Shown: in pieces, positions 27,008 through 36,527 of the stretch
Layout: each line of letters opens with the position of its first letter
Position numbering within the stretch: position 1 is the stretch's first letter
DNA from: an uncultured Anaerolineales bacterium
GTDB lineage: Bacteria > Chloroflexota > Anaerolineae > Anaerolineales > UBA11858
DNA length: 43,072 nucleotides
Assembly (NCBI GenBank): GCA_964589145.1
Contig: CAZPSL010000129.1
Location: 1 to 43,072, forward strand
Direction: 5' to 3'
Program-made: the position numbers and the translations under genes
The notes under the pieces: model-generated
The model's input: the letters and a program-made list of their open reading frames with translations, nothing else
What the model was told of the DNA's origin: nothing
The model's database searches: none

Positions 27008-28087
27008 GTGGATTCATTCGCCTTCATCATTCACCCCATTGACCCAAAACGAGATGTCAGCCGCAAATATCCTCTGCTGGGTCATTATCTCAGTGAGAGC
27101 ATTATCAATTTCGGCTCGACCTTCTTCCCCCCCGTTCTGCTCTCGGAAGTAGAGGGCATTACATCGCAAGCCACCGGGAAAGTACTTAAAGGCTGGTTAA
27201 TTGCATGTCCCCTTACTGCCGCACGTATGTTAGAATTAAATGAACGCATCGCCTATTACAAAATCATCCAAACCGGGCGTTTAGCCGAACGGCTCGGTGC
27301 GGACATTTTGGGGCTGGGTGCATTCACATCCGTTATTGGAGATGGCGGAATCACCATCGCCAATGCACTGGAAATCCCGGTTACCACGGGAGATGCGTAT
27401 ACCATCGCGGTTGCGGTACAGGCCGTCCGCGAGGCTGCCGCGTTAATGGAGATTGATTTTGCCCAAACCTCAGCCGCTATTGTCGGAGCCACCGGAGCCA
27501 TCGGGCGGGTTTGCGCTCAGTTGATGTGCCGTGAAGTTCCTGAACTGCACCTGCTTGGACGGGATAAAACCCGCCTGGAAGCGTTACGGGAAACCTTGCA
27601 GCCCCAAAGCCGCGCCCGCCTGGTAACCCACACCGACTTGCAGCAACTTCGGCAAAGCAAAGTTATCCTGACCGTATCCAGCGCATTGGATACCATTATC
27701 GAACCGGAGTTTTTACAGCCGGGCAGCGTAATTTGCGATGTCGCCCGCCCGCGGGACGTGGCCGCCAGCCTGGTTGACCAGCGCCGCGATGTGCTAGTTA
27801 TTGACGGCGGCATCGTTGATGTCCCCGGCCCGGTAAACTTCAACTTCGATTTTGGCTTCCCGCCCGGCAAAGCCTACGCCTGCATGGCCGAAACAATCGC
27901 CCTCGCCCTGGAAGGCCGGTTTGAAGATTACACCATCGGCAAAAACATTTCACTCCAGCGCGTAGAGGAAATTTCAAAAATTGCTCAAAAACACGGGTTC
28001 AAACTAAGCGGCTTCCGTTCTTTTGAACGCCCGGTTACCCTAGAGCAAATTGAAAAAATCAAAAACAATGCTAAACTACATTTATAA
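27008..28087 (+). CDS. Long-chain acyl-ACP reductase (cyanobacterial AAR)-like NAD(P)-dependent reductase
   Basis: 359-aa ORF with a GTG start 3 nt after the upstream stop. It is collinear with my recollection of Synechococcus AAR. [18 protein letters not shown] parallels [34 protein letters not shown] parallels [54 protein letters not shown] parallels [55 protein letters not shown] parallels FACFAEAMLLEFEG, which contains the catalytic Cys. Confidence 0.7.
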   Translation: [359 protein letters not shown]

Positions 28088-28144
28088 GGCAGGGCAATCC
28101 CCCTCCGCCCTGTACCCCCGTACTCCTAAACCTGGGAGGTTCCC

Positions 28145-29032
28145 ATGAGCAAAGCCCGATTACTAATTGTTGAAGACGACTTCGATATCTCCAACATGCT
28201 GCGCATCTACTTTACCGGGCAAGATTACGATGTGGATATCGCGCCCCGCGGCTCAGACGCGCTGGAGAAAACCCGCCAGCAACTCCCCCATCTGATTGTT
28301 CTGGACATTATGCTGCCAGATATTGACGGGTATGAGGTCTGCCGCCGCCTGCGGACGCAAACCCGCACCCGTCATATCCCGGTCATCTTTCTGACCCAGA
28401 AAGATGAGCGCAGCGACAAACTCCAGGGACTGGAATTGGGAGCAGATGACTACATCACCAAACCCTTTGATATCGAAGAACTCAAACTGCGCGTCCAGAA
28501 CGCCATTGCCCGTGCCGAGCGCGAAAGCCTCACCGACCCCCGCTCCGGGCTGCCCTCCGGGCGGCTGATTGAGGAGGAACTGCGCCGCGTCATCCGCACC
28601 GACGGCTGGGCACTGATGGACATCCGCATCAACCACTTCGGCCATTTCAAGGACGAATACGGCTTCGTGGCCGGCGACGACGTACTGCGTTCCACTGCCA
28701 TGACCATCAACGAAACCGTGGACGAATTCGGCACAACGGACGATTTCATCGGACACGCCGGCGAAGACAACTTCATCGTCATCACCACAGAAGAACACGC
28801 ACCGCAAATTCGCGCCGAAATAAAAAGGAGATTCGCCGAAGAAGTACCCACCCACTACAACTTCATGGACCGTGCCCAGGGATACATCACCATCACCAAC
28901 AAAGACGGTGAAACCGAAAACGTTCCACTGATGACCATCGGCATCGGCGTTGTCAGCCCCTCCGAATACCAGTTTGCAGATATTCGCGAAATCACCGAAC
29001 TGGCCGCCGAAGTCCGCCGAAAAGACGAGTAA
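28145..29032 (+). CDS. Response regulator: receiver domain plus degenerate GGDEF domain
   Basis: 295-aa ORF with an RBS gggagg. The REC domain has LLIVEDD...VLDIMLPDIDG...ITKPF. The C-terminal GGDEF-like fold has DPRSGLPSGR...FGHFKDEYGFVAGDDVL, but the signature reads GHAGEDNF instead of R.GGDEF. Confidence 0.8.
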   Translation: MSKARLLIVEDDFDISNMLRIYFTGQDYDVDIAPRGSDALEKTRQQLPHLIVLDIMLPDIDGYEVCRRLRTQTRTRHIPVIFLTQKDERSDKLQGLELGADDYITKPFDIEELKLRVQNAIARAERESLTDPRSGLPSGRLIEEELRRVIRTDGWALMDIRINHFGHFKDEYGFVAGDDVLRSTAMTINETVDEFGTTDDFIGHAGEDNFIVITTEEHAPQIRAEIKRRFAEEVPTHYNFMDRAQGYITITNKDGETENVPLMTIGIGVVSPSEYQFADIREITELAAEVRRKDE

Positions 29033-29067
29033 TTTTTGAAGTATCAGGAAACCAAAGGTAACGCGGC

Positions 29068-32000
29068 ATGTCTACAGTAGGATTGCTTCCCCTGGGGATT
29101 GTAATCACGCTCGTCGGGTTAACTTTTTTCCTGTTGACCTATTTCATCTTGCGCATCGTGCCAAAAATCCGCCCAACCGCCTCCACCCAAAAGAATCCCC
29201 CCATAATGCCAGACCTGCCTGCGCACAGCGATGCCATTTTAATGGTGCGCTATGGAGGGCAAGTTTCCTACCTCAACGAAGAGGCCCGCGAGTGGTTCAA
29301 CCTTTGGGAGGAGGAACCCAACCTGGAACGCATGGCACGCCAAACACGCCCATCGGAAACATTTTTGGGGCTTTGTGCCGCCGAAGGGCAGGGGCGATTC
29401 GCCATCAACGGCAAGTGGGTTAATGGCATTTCCTACACCCTGCCGGAGCAAGAGCACGGCTCCATACTGGTTTCCATGCACCTGCCGGAAACTGCCAGCC
29501 AACAAAAAGAAACCAACGGAATATCCAGCCAGGTGCTGGCAACCCTGTCCAAATTCAGCCACACCATGGTCGCCAACCTGAATTTGGAGACAATTCTGCA
29601 CTCAATTCTCAGCAGCGCAGAACAACTGGTACCTGCCGATTTTGCAGAAATCACCATCTGGGATCCAGAAAAGCAATGGCTGATCCCCTACCGCTTCTCC
29701 GGCATCCCCGGCATTGATTTGCACATAGAAAAAACCAGCGACCGCTATCCGCTCGGAGAAGGATACTCCGGCCATGTAGCAAAAACCCGCGAACCCCTGC
29801 TGATTTCAGATGTGGATGCAGAAATAAATTTGCGGCCGCTAATTGACATCAAAAAATATCCTTTCAAATCATACCTGGGCGCGCCCCTGCTGGTTGGGAA
29901 CAACCTGGCAGGCACGATTGAATTGATGTCTCAGGTTACCAACTCATTCTCCGAAAACGACCAGGAAATACTCAGCCTGCTCAGCAAACAAGCGGCCATT
30001 ATCCTGCACAACGCCCTGCTCTATCAAAAAGAACAACGCCGCTCCGAAGAACTGAACCGCCTCGCCAACCTGACACAGGATATCGGATCCATTCGCAACC
30101 CTCAGGATTTATACAAGCACCTGATAGAAGGCATTCTCCCCCTCATCAACGTCGAAATTATCGGCTTTCTGATCTACAACGAAAACACGAGGCAGTTAGA
30201 AGCCCAGCCGCCCTTTGTCGGTGTACCGCCCCAATTTGTGGATCTGTATAAAGTAACCATCCCAACCGGAAGCCCCGCAGAACATATCTGGCACCGGCAT
30301 GAAATTATTATCGCAGACAATGCCCTCGAAAACCCCTACCTGATTGATTTAGGGCTGGATCATCCAGCACGGGCAGCCGGCATCCGCGATACGCTCCTGA
30401 TTCCGCTTAGTTCCAGCGGACGGCCGCTGGGCTACTTGCAGGTCGCCAACAAAAAAGACCACAACAATTTCAGCCAAAGCGACATCCGCATCCTTTCCAT
30501 CATCGCCGGGCAGGCCGCACCAATCATCGAAAATGCCGACCTGATACGCCAATCGGTACACCGGGCATTGCGGGCAGAATCCCTGCGGCGCATTGCCAGC
30601 CTTTCCGGCTCATCCGCCAGCCTGGATGAAATCTTCAAATACACAATGGTCGAACTGGCGCGCCTGTTCAAAGCCGAGTACGCCGCAATCCTCCTGCTGG
30701 ATGAAAACATTGGCGAGTTGCGTGTTCACGCAGAATCAGTATACGGCCTCAGCCCCGAAAAAGCCGCGGCTTTGGGGCGGATTAACGCCAACGACCCCGA
30801 ATTCCGCAGGTCCGTCACACAAAACAAAGCGCCGCGCCTGATCAACAACGTTGATATTGAGACTGACATCCCCCCGATTTACCACCCGATGATTCGGCAG
30901 TTGACCGTAAAAGCCGTCCTGGCTGTGCCGGTAATCATCCGTGACCGTGGCATCGGAGAGATCATCCTGGCATCACCGGAGCCGGATGCCTTCACCCGCA
31001 GCGATATGCAACTCGCGGTGACGGTTGCCAGCCAACTATCGGTAGCAATCGAGCGCGCCTCCCTGGCCTCCCAAACCGACGTAGACCTGCGCCGCCGCGT
31101 AGAGCAGTTAACCGCGCTCACCCGCATCAGCCGCGAACTCAACACATCTGTCAACCTGGAACACCTGCTCCAGCGAGTTTACGAAGAATCCTTGCAGGCC
31201 ACCGGCGCCGATTGCGGCACAATTATGCTGTTTGAAGATTTATCCAGCACGCAGGATGAAACCCAACCCCTCACCGTGCTAATGTACTTTGGAGAAGAAC
31301 CGGGAGAATCTCCCCACCCGCTGGAACGCGAAACCGCCAAAACGGCCAGCCCGGTTCTCATTGCCGATTACAACCGAATCTCTCAGGACGAACCCACCGA
31401 AACACGCCTTCCACCCCATGCGGGCGTCCGCGCCTCCCTGATTGTCCCCATTGGATATCAGGAAGAAGTCGCCGGGCTGATACACCTGCACAGCCATACC
31501 CCCGAAAATTTCGGCACATCAGAACTGGAGATTGCACAAGCCCTGGCCGTCCAGGCCGCAATTGCCATCGGGAACGCCCAGCGCTACCAAGAACAAGTCC
31601 GCCGCACGGAACTGCTCAACCGCCAGGTAGAAACACTCTCCAATATGTTCGAGGTTGCCAAAAACCTGAACCTCGGACGCCCCATCGAAGAAACCCTGGA
31701 GGATATTGCCTACGCCATCCAATCCTCCACCCCCTTTGATGTAGTACTGTTCAGTGTTTACGACCAGAGCGACCAAATGCTGCACAGGATCACCAGCGCC
31801 GGGATTCCCCTGGCAAAAATGGAAGAGATCAAGTCCATTCCACAAACCTGGGAAAGCATCCAGCCATTAATGCAAGAACACCTGCGGTTTGGGCGCTCTT
31901 ACTACATTCCCTACGAGCAGCGGCCTGATACACCGGGCACTTCGCACATTGTAACCATTGACGAAAACGCCCCCGAAATCAGGCCAGACGACAACCGCTG

Positions 32001-35000
32001 GCACCCCAGAGATTTACTGATCATCCCGCTGACAACCGCCGACGGCCGCCCGCTGGGGCTGGTTAGCGTAGACAGCCCCAGAGACGGCCTGCGCCCCGAC
32101 ACCACCACAATTGAAACGCTGGAAATCTTCGCTGGGCAAGCCTCACTGGCAATCGAAAGCCAGCAGCAACTTCAGGGGCTGGAAACACAAATTCAGGCCC
32201 TCACCGAGGAACTGGAAGAAGCCCAAAAAGCCCAAAAACTACTCCCAGAAATTATCGCACAAAACCGCCAAAACAGCGCCGCACTGGAACGGCTGGAACA
32301 ATACATCCAGCGGGTTACGGCGGGGCTGATGATGATTGAAACAGCAAATCGGCAACCCGATAAGATTGCAGCGCTGACTGCACTGGGAAACGAATTGCGC
32401 ACCCGGTTCGGGCTGGATATCGCCCTGGCAACGGCAACCGCCCCTGATGGGGAACAAACCTTTCACACCTTTGGCGAAATTTCCGAAAAAGTAAATCCAG
32501 AGGCACTTTTCGGGCAGCGCAATCCGCTCCGCTACAGCCTGCAATCTGGGGAAATCCTGGTTGCAAACAACCTGGCCGAAAACGAAAACTGGCAGCAATC
32601 GCCGCTGCTGGCTGCCCTGGAAGCCCAGGCATTTATCGCACTGCCGGTTCTTTCCACAGGGAAAGTTGAAGGTGCCATTCTGGGCATCAGCAAGCAGGTT
32701 CTGCCGCCCTTCCACGAAGAAGACCACCGGTTCTTCGAACTGCTGGTGCGGCAAATCGGCGCAGCAGTTACCAACCTGAACCTGCTTGCCGAAACCAGGC
32801 AGCGGCTGCAAGAAGTAAACATCCTGCTAGATTTTAGCCAGAAACTGGGCGGGCTGCAACCTGCGCGCATTCTGGAAACACTGCTCGACAACGCCTTTGA
32901 AGTCGTGCAGCAGACAAACACCGGCATCGTTTTACTTTGGGATATGGACAGCGACACCCTGCGCCCGAAATCCACCCGGGGCTACGCCGACCCGGATGCC
33001 ATTCTGCGGGTCGCCTTCAGCCCAACAGCAGGGGTTCCCGGAGAGGTCTTCACACAGGGGAAGGCGGTAAACCTTGGAGAGGTGGATTTCACACAAGATT
33101 ACAGCCTGGTGCTGGACAACCTGCTCAATTACCGGGATGCCACAGGCGGAAAACTGCCGCTCTCCGCACTGATGGTGCCCATCCGTGCCGGAGAAAAATC
33201 CCTGGGAGTCATCGTTCTGGAAAACTTCGAGGCCAGCGCCGCCTTTGACGCGGACGACCAGGCGATGATCGAATCAATCGCCCGCCAGACCGCGCTAACG
33301 CTGGAAAACGTGCGTCTATACCAGTCATCCGAAGAGCGTGCCGCCCAACTGCAAGCCCTGAGCGAAGTTGCCGCCACAATCACATCCCGCCTGGAACCGG
33401 AGGCACTGATCGACTCCCTGCTCGACTCCCTGGCACCTGTAGTCCCTTACAACACCGGTACACTCTGGCTGCGAGAAAAAGATACACTCACCATTCAGTC
33501 GGCGCGCGGCTTTGAAAACAGTGATGACCTGGTAGGCATCACAACGCAGGTAGAAGACAGCCATCTGTTCTACGAAATGATTCAAACCCGCCAGCCGATT
33601 GCCGTGCAAGATGTACGCAACGATAACCGCTTCCCCGACACAGCCATCGAACGCCTTTCCTGGCTGGGCGTTCCGCTGCTCGCGAAGGATGAGGTAATCG
33701 GGGTGATTGCACTTGAAAAAACAGAGCCTGAATTTTACACCCCGGAGTTGATCCGCTCGGCAACCACCTTTGCCAGCCAGGCCGCCGTCGCCCTGGAAAA
33801 TGCCGTTTTGTACCAGCAAAGTTTGCAGCGCACCAAAGAACTGGACAAACGCAGCCAGCGGCTCACTCTGATCAACCGATTCTCCAACCGGATTAGCCGC
33901 TCGCTGGATTTCGACACCCTGCTCACCGTCACCATCGAGGAATTGCAGCAGGCCATCCCCGGAACAACCATCTCGGTAGTCATGCTGGAAGACGGCAACC
34001 ACGTTATGCTGCGCGCAGAAACGCTGCCGCAGGATGAGGAAAACAGCCCGCCGCAAGCCCTATCCTATGCACCGGTTTTTGATTACCTGCAAGAATCGCG
34101 CGGGACATTCAGTTCCCAAGACGTCAGCCGGGAAACCCAATTGGAACCCATTCGGGAACACCTTGCACGGCACAACACCCAGGCACTACTGATACTGCCG
34201 CTTTCTGTAGGAGATGAATTCTTTGGCTTCACCCTGGTTCACTCACCCGAACAGCGGCGTTTCACGCCGGAAGAGGTTGAACTGGGGCGTATTTTGACCA
34301 ACCAGGCAGCAGTCTCCATACAAAATGCAACCCTGTTTGTTGAAACCCGCCGTCTGACCGAGGAGTTAGAGCAGCGCGTCGCCGAACGCACCGAAGAACT
34401 CGGCCGCGAGCACCGCCGCCTACAGACCTTGCTGCGCATTATGCAGGAACTCTCGGCCAGCCTCGACCTGGATCATGTGCTCAACCGCACGCTGGCATTG
34501 CTCAATGAAACCACCGGAGCAGAGCAAAGCACTATCCTGCTGGTACGACCCGATGAGAGCACTTTTTACTATCGGGCATCTCTGGGCTACACCGATCCGC
34601 CGCCAATCGGCGGGCAGCCCTCGTCCATCCCGCTGGGAGAGGGGCTGGCAGGATGGATTGTCAAGCACGGCGAAGGCGTATTGATTGACAATTTGCAGGA
34701 CGACCCGCGCTGGGTTACCCCACCGAATGGAAAAACCGAACATCGCAGCGTACTTGCCGCCCCGCTGCTGGTTGGCGCAGAAGCCCTGGGCGCAATGCTG
34801 CTCTACAGCCGCACACCGGGCGCATTTTCACCCGAACAGCGCGAACTGGTACAAGCCGCCGCCAACCAAATTGCCATTGCCATCAACAACAACGAACTGT
34901 TTACCCTGATCCGCGAACAGGCCGAGAGTTTGGGCAGCATGTTACGTCAACAGCAGGTGGAAGCCAGCCGTTCGCGGGCTATTCTGGAAGCAGTCGCAGA

Positions 35001-36087
35001 TGGTGTGCTGGTTACAGATAGCGAAAACGTTATTACACTGTTCAACGAATCGGCACAGCAAATTCTTGACCTGGAACGCGACGCCGTAGTCGGCCACTCG
35101 CTCGATACTTTCACTGGGCTCTTCGGCAGCGCAGCACACGATTGGATGGAGACAATCCAGCAATGGACGCAAGACCCCGTATCCTTCGAAGATGGCGCCA
35201 CCTATGCCGAACGGATTACCCTCGATAACAAGCGGGTCGTTTCCATCCACCTCGCGCCGGTAAGCATGCAAAACGAATTTCTGGGCACAGTCTCGATTTT
35301 CCGGGATATTACCCATCAAGTTGAAGTTGACCGGCTCAAATCCGAATTTGTCGCGACGGTCAGTCACGAACTGCGAACACCCATGACCTCCATCAAGGGG
35401 TACGTAGAAGTCTTGCTGATGGGAGCCGCCGGTCCGCTCAACGACCAGCAAACCTCTTTCCTCAAGGTTGTGCAAACCAACACCGAACGGCTTAACATTC
35501 TGGTCAATGACCTGCTGGATGTTTCCCGTATCGAAGCCGGAAAAGTCACACTCACCATTCAAATGCTGGACTTAAACGAGATTGCCAGTGAAGTTGTACA
35601 AGAACAGCAGCGGCAGGCCGAGGAAGATGACAAACCGATGACAATCAACATTGAGGTGGAACCCGACTTGCCGCACGTTCCCGGCGACCCGGAACGCATC
35701 CACCAGATTTTCGCCAACCTGGTCAGCAACGCTTACCATTACACCCCTGCCGGAGGCCAAATTGACATCCGCCTGCACCAGGTTGACGATGAAGTTCAGA
35801 TCGACGTTGCAGACAACGGCATCGGTATTTCCCCGGAAGAGAAAAAACGCATTTTTGAACGTTTCTACCGGGGAGAAGACCCGCTGGTGCTGGCAACCCC
35901 CGGCAACGGGCTGGGGCTTTCCATCACCAAACAACTGATCGAGATGCACCACGGACGCATCTGGATGGAAAGCGATGGAATTCCTGGCGCGGGGTCAGTC
36001 TTTCATGTTGCCCTGCCTCTACAAACCGCCAATCAGGAATCCGACGCCCCCGAATCCCAGGATTCCAGCACAGACATCCTGTATTAG
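29068..36087 (+). CDS. Membrane-anchored sensor histidine kinase with ten tandem GAF-like domains, a PAS domain, HisKA and HATPase_c (2339 aa)
   Basis: The N-terminus has a hydrophobic segment (LLPLGIVITLVGLTFFLLTYFILRIV). The end-of-GAF helix motif (A.Q.A.AI.NA.L) recurs ten times. It is followed by a PAS-like block (ILEAVADGVLVTDSENVITLFNESAQQIL). The H-box is VSHELRTPMTSIKGY, with the His codon at 35365-35367. The N-box is FANLVSNAYHYT, G1 is DNGIGI and G2 is GNGLGL. Confidence 0.9.
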   Translation: MSTVGLLPLGIVITLVGLTFFLLTYFILRIVPKIRPTASTQKNPPIMPDLPAHSDAILMVRYGGQVSYLNEEAREWFNLWEEEPNLERMARQTRPSETFLGLCAAEGQGRFAINGKWVNGISYTLPEQEHGSILVSMHLPETASQQKETNGISSQVLATLSKFSHTMVANLNLETILHSILSSAEQLVPADFAEITIWDPEKQWLIPYRFSGIPGIDLHIEKTSDRYPLGEGYSGHVAKTREPLLISDVDAEINLRPLIDIKKYPFKSYLGAPLLVGNNLAGTIELMSQVTNSFSENDQEILSLLSKQAAIILHNALLYQKEQRRSEELNRLANLTQDIGSIRNPQDLYKHLIEGILPLINVEIIGFLIYNENTRQLEAQPPFVGVPPQFVDLYKVTIPTGSPAEHIWHRHEIIIADNALENPYLIDLGLDHPARAAGIRDTLLIPLSSSGRPLGYLQVANKKDHNNFSQSDIRILSIIAGQAAPIIENADLIRQSVHRALRAESLRRIASLSGSSASLDEIFKYTMVELARLFKAEYAAILLLDENIGELRVHAESVYGLSPEKAAALGRINANDPEFRRSVTQNKAPRLINNVDIETDIPPIYHPMIRQLTVKAVLAVPVIIRDRGIGEIILASPEPDAFTRSDMQLAVTVASQLSVAIERASLASQTDVDLRRRVEQLTALTRISRELNTSVNLEHLLQRVYEESLQATGADCGTIMLFEDLSSTQDETQPLTVLMYFGEEPGESPHPLERETAKTASPVLIADYNRISQDEPTETRLPPHAGVRASLIVPIGYQEEVAGLIHLHSHTPENFGTSELEIAQALAVQAAIAIGNAQRYQEQVRRTELLNRQVETLSNMFEVAKNLNLGRPIEETLEDIAYAIQSSTPFDVVLFSVYDQSDQMLHRITSAGIPLAKMEEIKSIPQTWESIQPLMQEHLRFGRSYYIPYEQRPDTPGTSHIVTIDENAPEIRPDDNRWHPRDLLIIPLTTADGRPLGLVSVDSPRDGLRPDTTTIETLEIFAGQASLAIESQQQLQGLETQIQALTEELEEAQKAQKLLPEIIAQNRQNSAALERLEQYIQRVTAGLMMIETANRQPDKIAALTALGNELRTRFGLDIALATATAPDGEQTFHTFGEISEKVNPEALFGQRNPLRYSLQSGEILVANNLAENENWQQSPLLAALEAQAFIALPVLSTGKVEGAILGISKQVLPPFHEEDHRFFELLVRQIGAAVTNLNLLAETRQRLQEVNILLDFSQKLGGLQPARILETLLDNAFEVVQQTNTGIVLLWDMDSDTLRPKSTRGYADPDAILRVAFSPTAGVPGEVFTQGKAVNLGEVDFTQDYSLVLDNLLNYRDATGGKLPLSALMVPIRAGEKSLGVIVLENFEASAAFDADDQAMIESIARQTALTLENVRLYQSSEERAAQLQALSEVAATITSRLEPEALIDSLLDSLAPVVPYNTGTLWLREKDTLTIQSARGFENSDDLVGITTQVEDSHLFYEMIQTRQPIAVQDVRNDNRFPDTAIERLSWLGVPLLAKDEVIGVIALEKTEPEFYTPELIRSATTFASQAAVALENAVLYQQSLQRTKELDKRSQRLTLINRFSNRISRSLDFDTLLTVTIEELQQAIPGTTISVVMLEDGNHVMLRAETLPQDEENSPPQALSYAPVFDYLQESRGTFSSQDVSRETQLEPIREHLARHNTQALLILPLSVGDEFFGFTLVHSPEQRRFTPEEVELGRILTNQAAVSIQNATLFVETRRLTEELEQRVAERTEELGREHRRLQTLLRIMQELSASLDLDHVLNRTLALLNETTGAEQSTILLVRPDESTFYYRASLGYTDPPPIGGQPSSIPLGEGLAGWIVKHGEGVLIDNLQDDPRWVTPPNGKTEHRSVLAAPLLVGAEALGAMLLYSRTPGAFSPEQRELVQAAANQIAIAINNNELFTLIREQAESLGSMLRQQQVEASRSRAILEAVADGVLVTDSENVITLFNESAQQILDLERDAVVGHSLDTFTGLFGSAAHDWMETIQQWTQDPVSFEDGATYAERITLDNKRVVSIHLAPVSMQNEFLGTVSIFRDITHQVEVDRLKSEFVATVSHELRTPMTSIKGYVEVLLMGAAGPLNDQQTSFLKVVQTNTERLNILVNDLLDVSRIEAGKVTLTIQMLDLNEIASEVVQEQQRQAEEDDKPMTINIEVEPDLPHVPGDPERIHQIFANLVSNAYHYTPAGGQIDIRLHQVDDEVQIDVADNGIGISPEEKKRIFERFYRGEDPLVLATPGNGLGLSITKQLIEMHHGRIWMESDGIPGAGSVFHVALPLQTANQESDAPESQDSSTDILY

Positions 36088-36096
36088 AGGTAACTT

Positions 36097-36480
36097 ATGG
36101 CAAAAATCCTAATTGCAGAAGATGAACCCGACATTCGCAATCTGATCACATTCACGCTGCGATTCGCCGGGCACGAGGTAATTGACACCCCCAACGGTTA
36201 TGAAGCCTACCAGAAAGCCCAGGAAATGGCTGCACAGGGCGACCTGCCTGATCTGATTATGATGGACGTGCGGATGCCGCGCATGACCGGTTACGAAGCC
36301 TGCGCACAAATGAAAAAAATCGATTCTCTCAAAGATGTACCGGTCGCGTTTCTCTCTGCCAAAGGACAGGAATCCGAAATTCAAACCGGGCTGGACCTAG
36401 GCGCAGTGGCATACATCATCAAACCATTTGCCCCCGATCAGTTAACCGCTAAAGTAGATGAGTTAATTGGGAACAAATAA
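36097..36480 (+). CDS. Single-domain CheY-like response regulator
   Basis: 127-aa ORF 9 nt after the kinase stop. Motifs are ILIAEDE, MMDVRMPRMTG and IIKPF. Confidence 0.85.
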   Translation: MAKILIAEDEPDIRNLITFTLRFAGHEVIDTPNGYEAYQKAQEMAAQGDLPDLIMMDVRMPRMTGYEACAQMKKIDSLKDVPVAFLSAKGQESEIQTGLDLGAVAYIIKPFAPDQLTAKVDELIGNK

Positions 36481-36527
36481 TACCCGCCAGCAGCAATTCG
36501 GCTGCTGCTGGCTGAACCTCACCACCG

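Noticed and set aside
27008-28087. The AAR-like gene could be part of a standard cyanobacterial-type alkane (AAR+ADO) operon.
   Set aside because: No ferritin-like di-iron ADO gene is adjacent or anywhere in the window. The neighbours are signalling and hydrolase genes.
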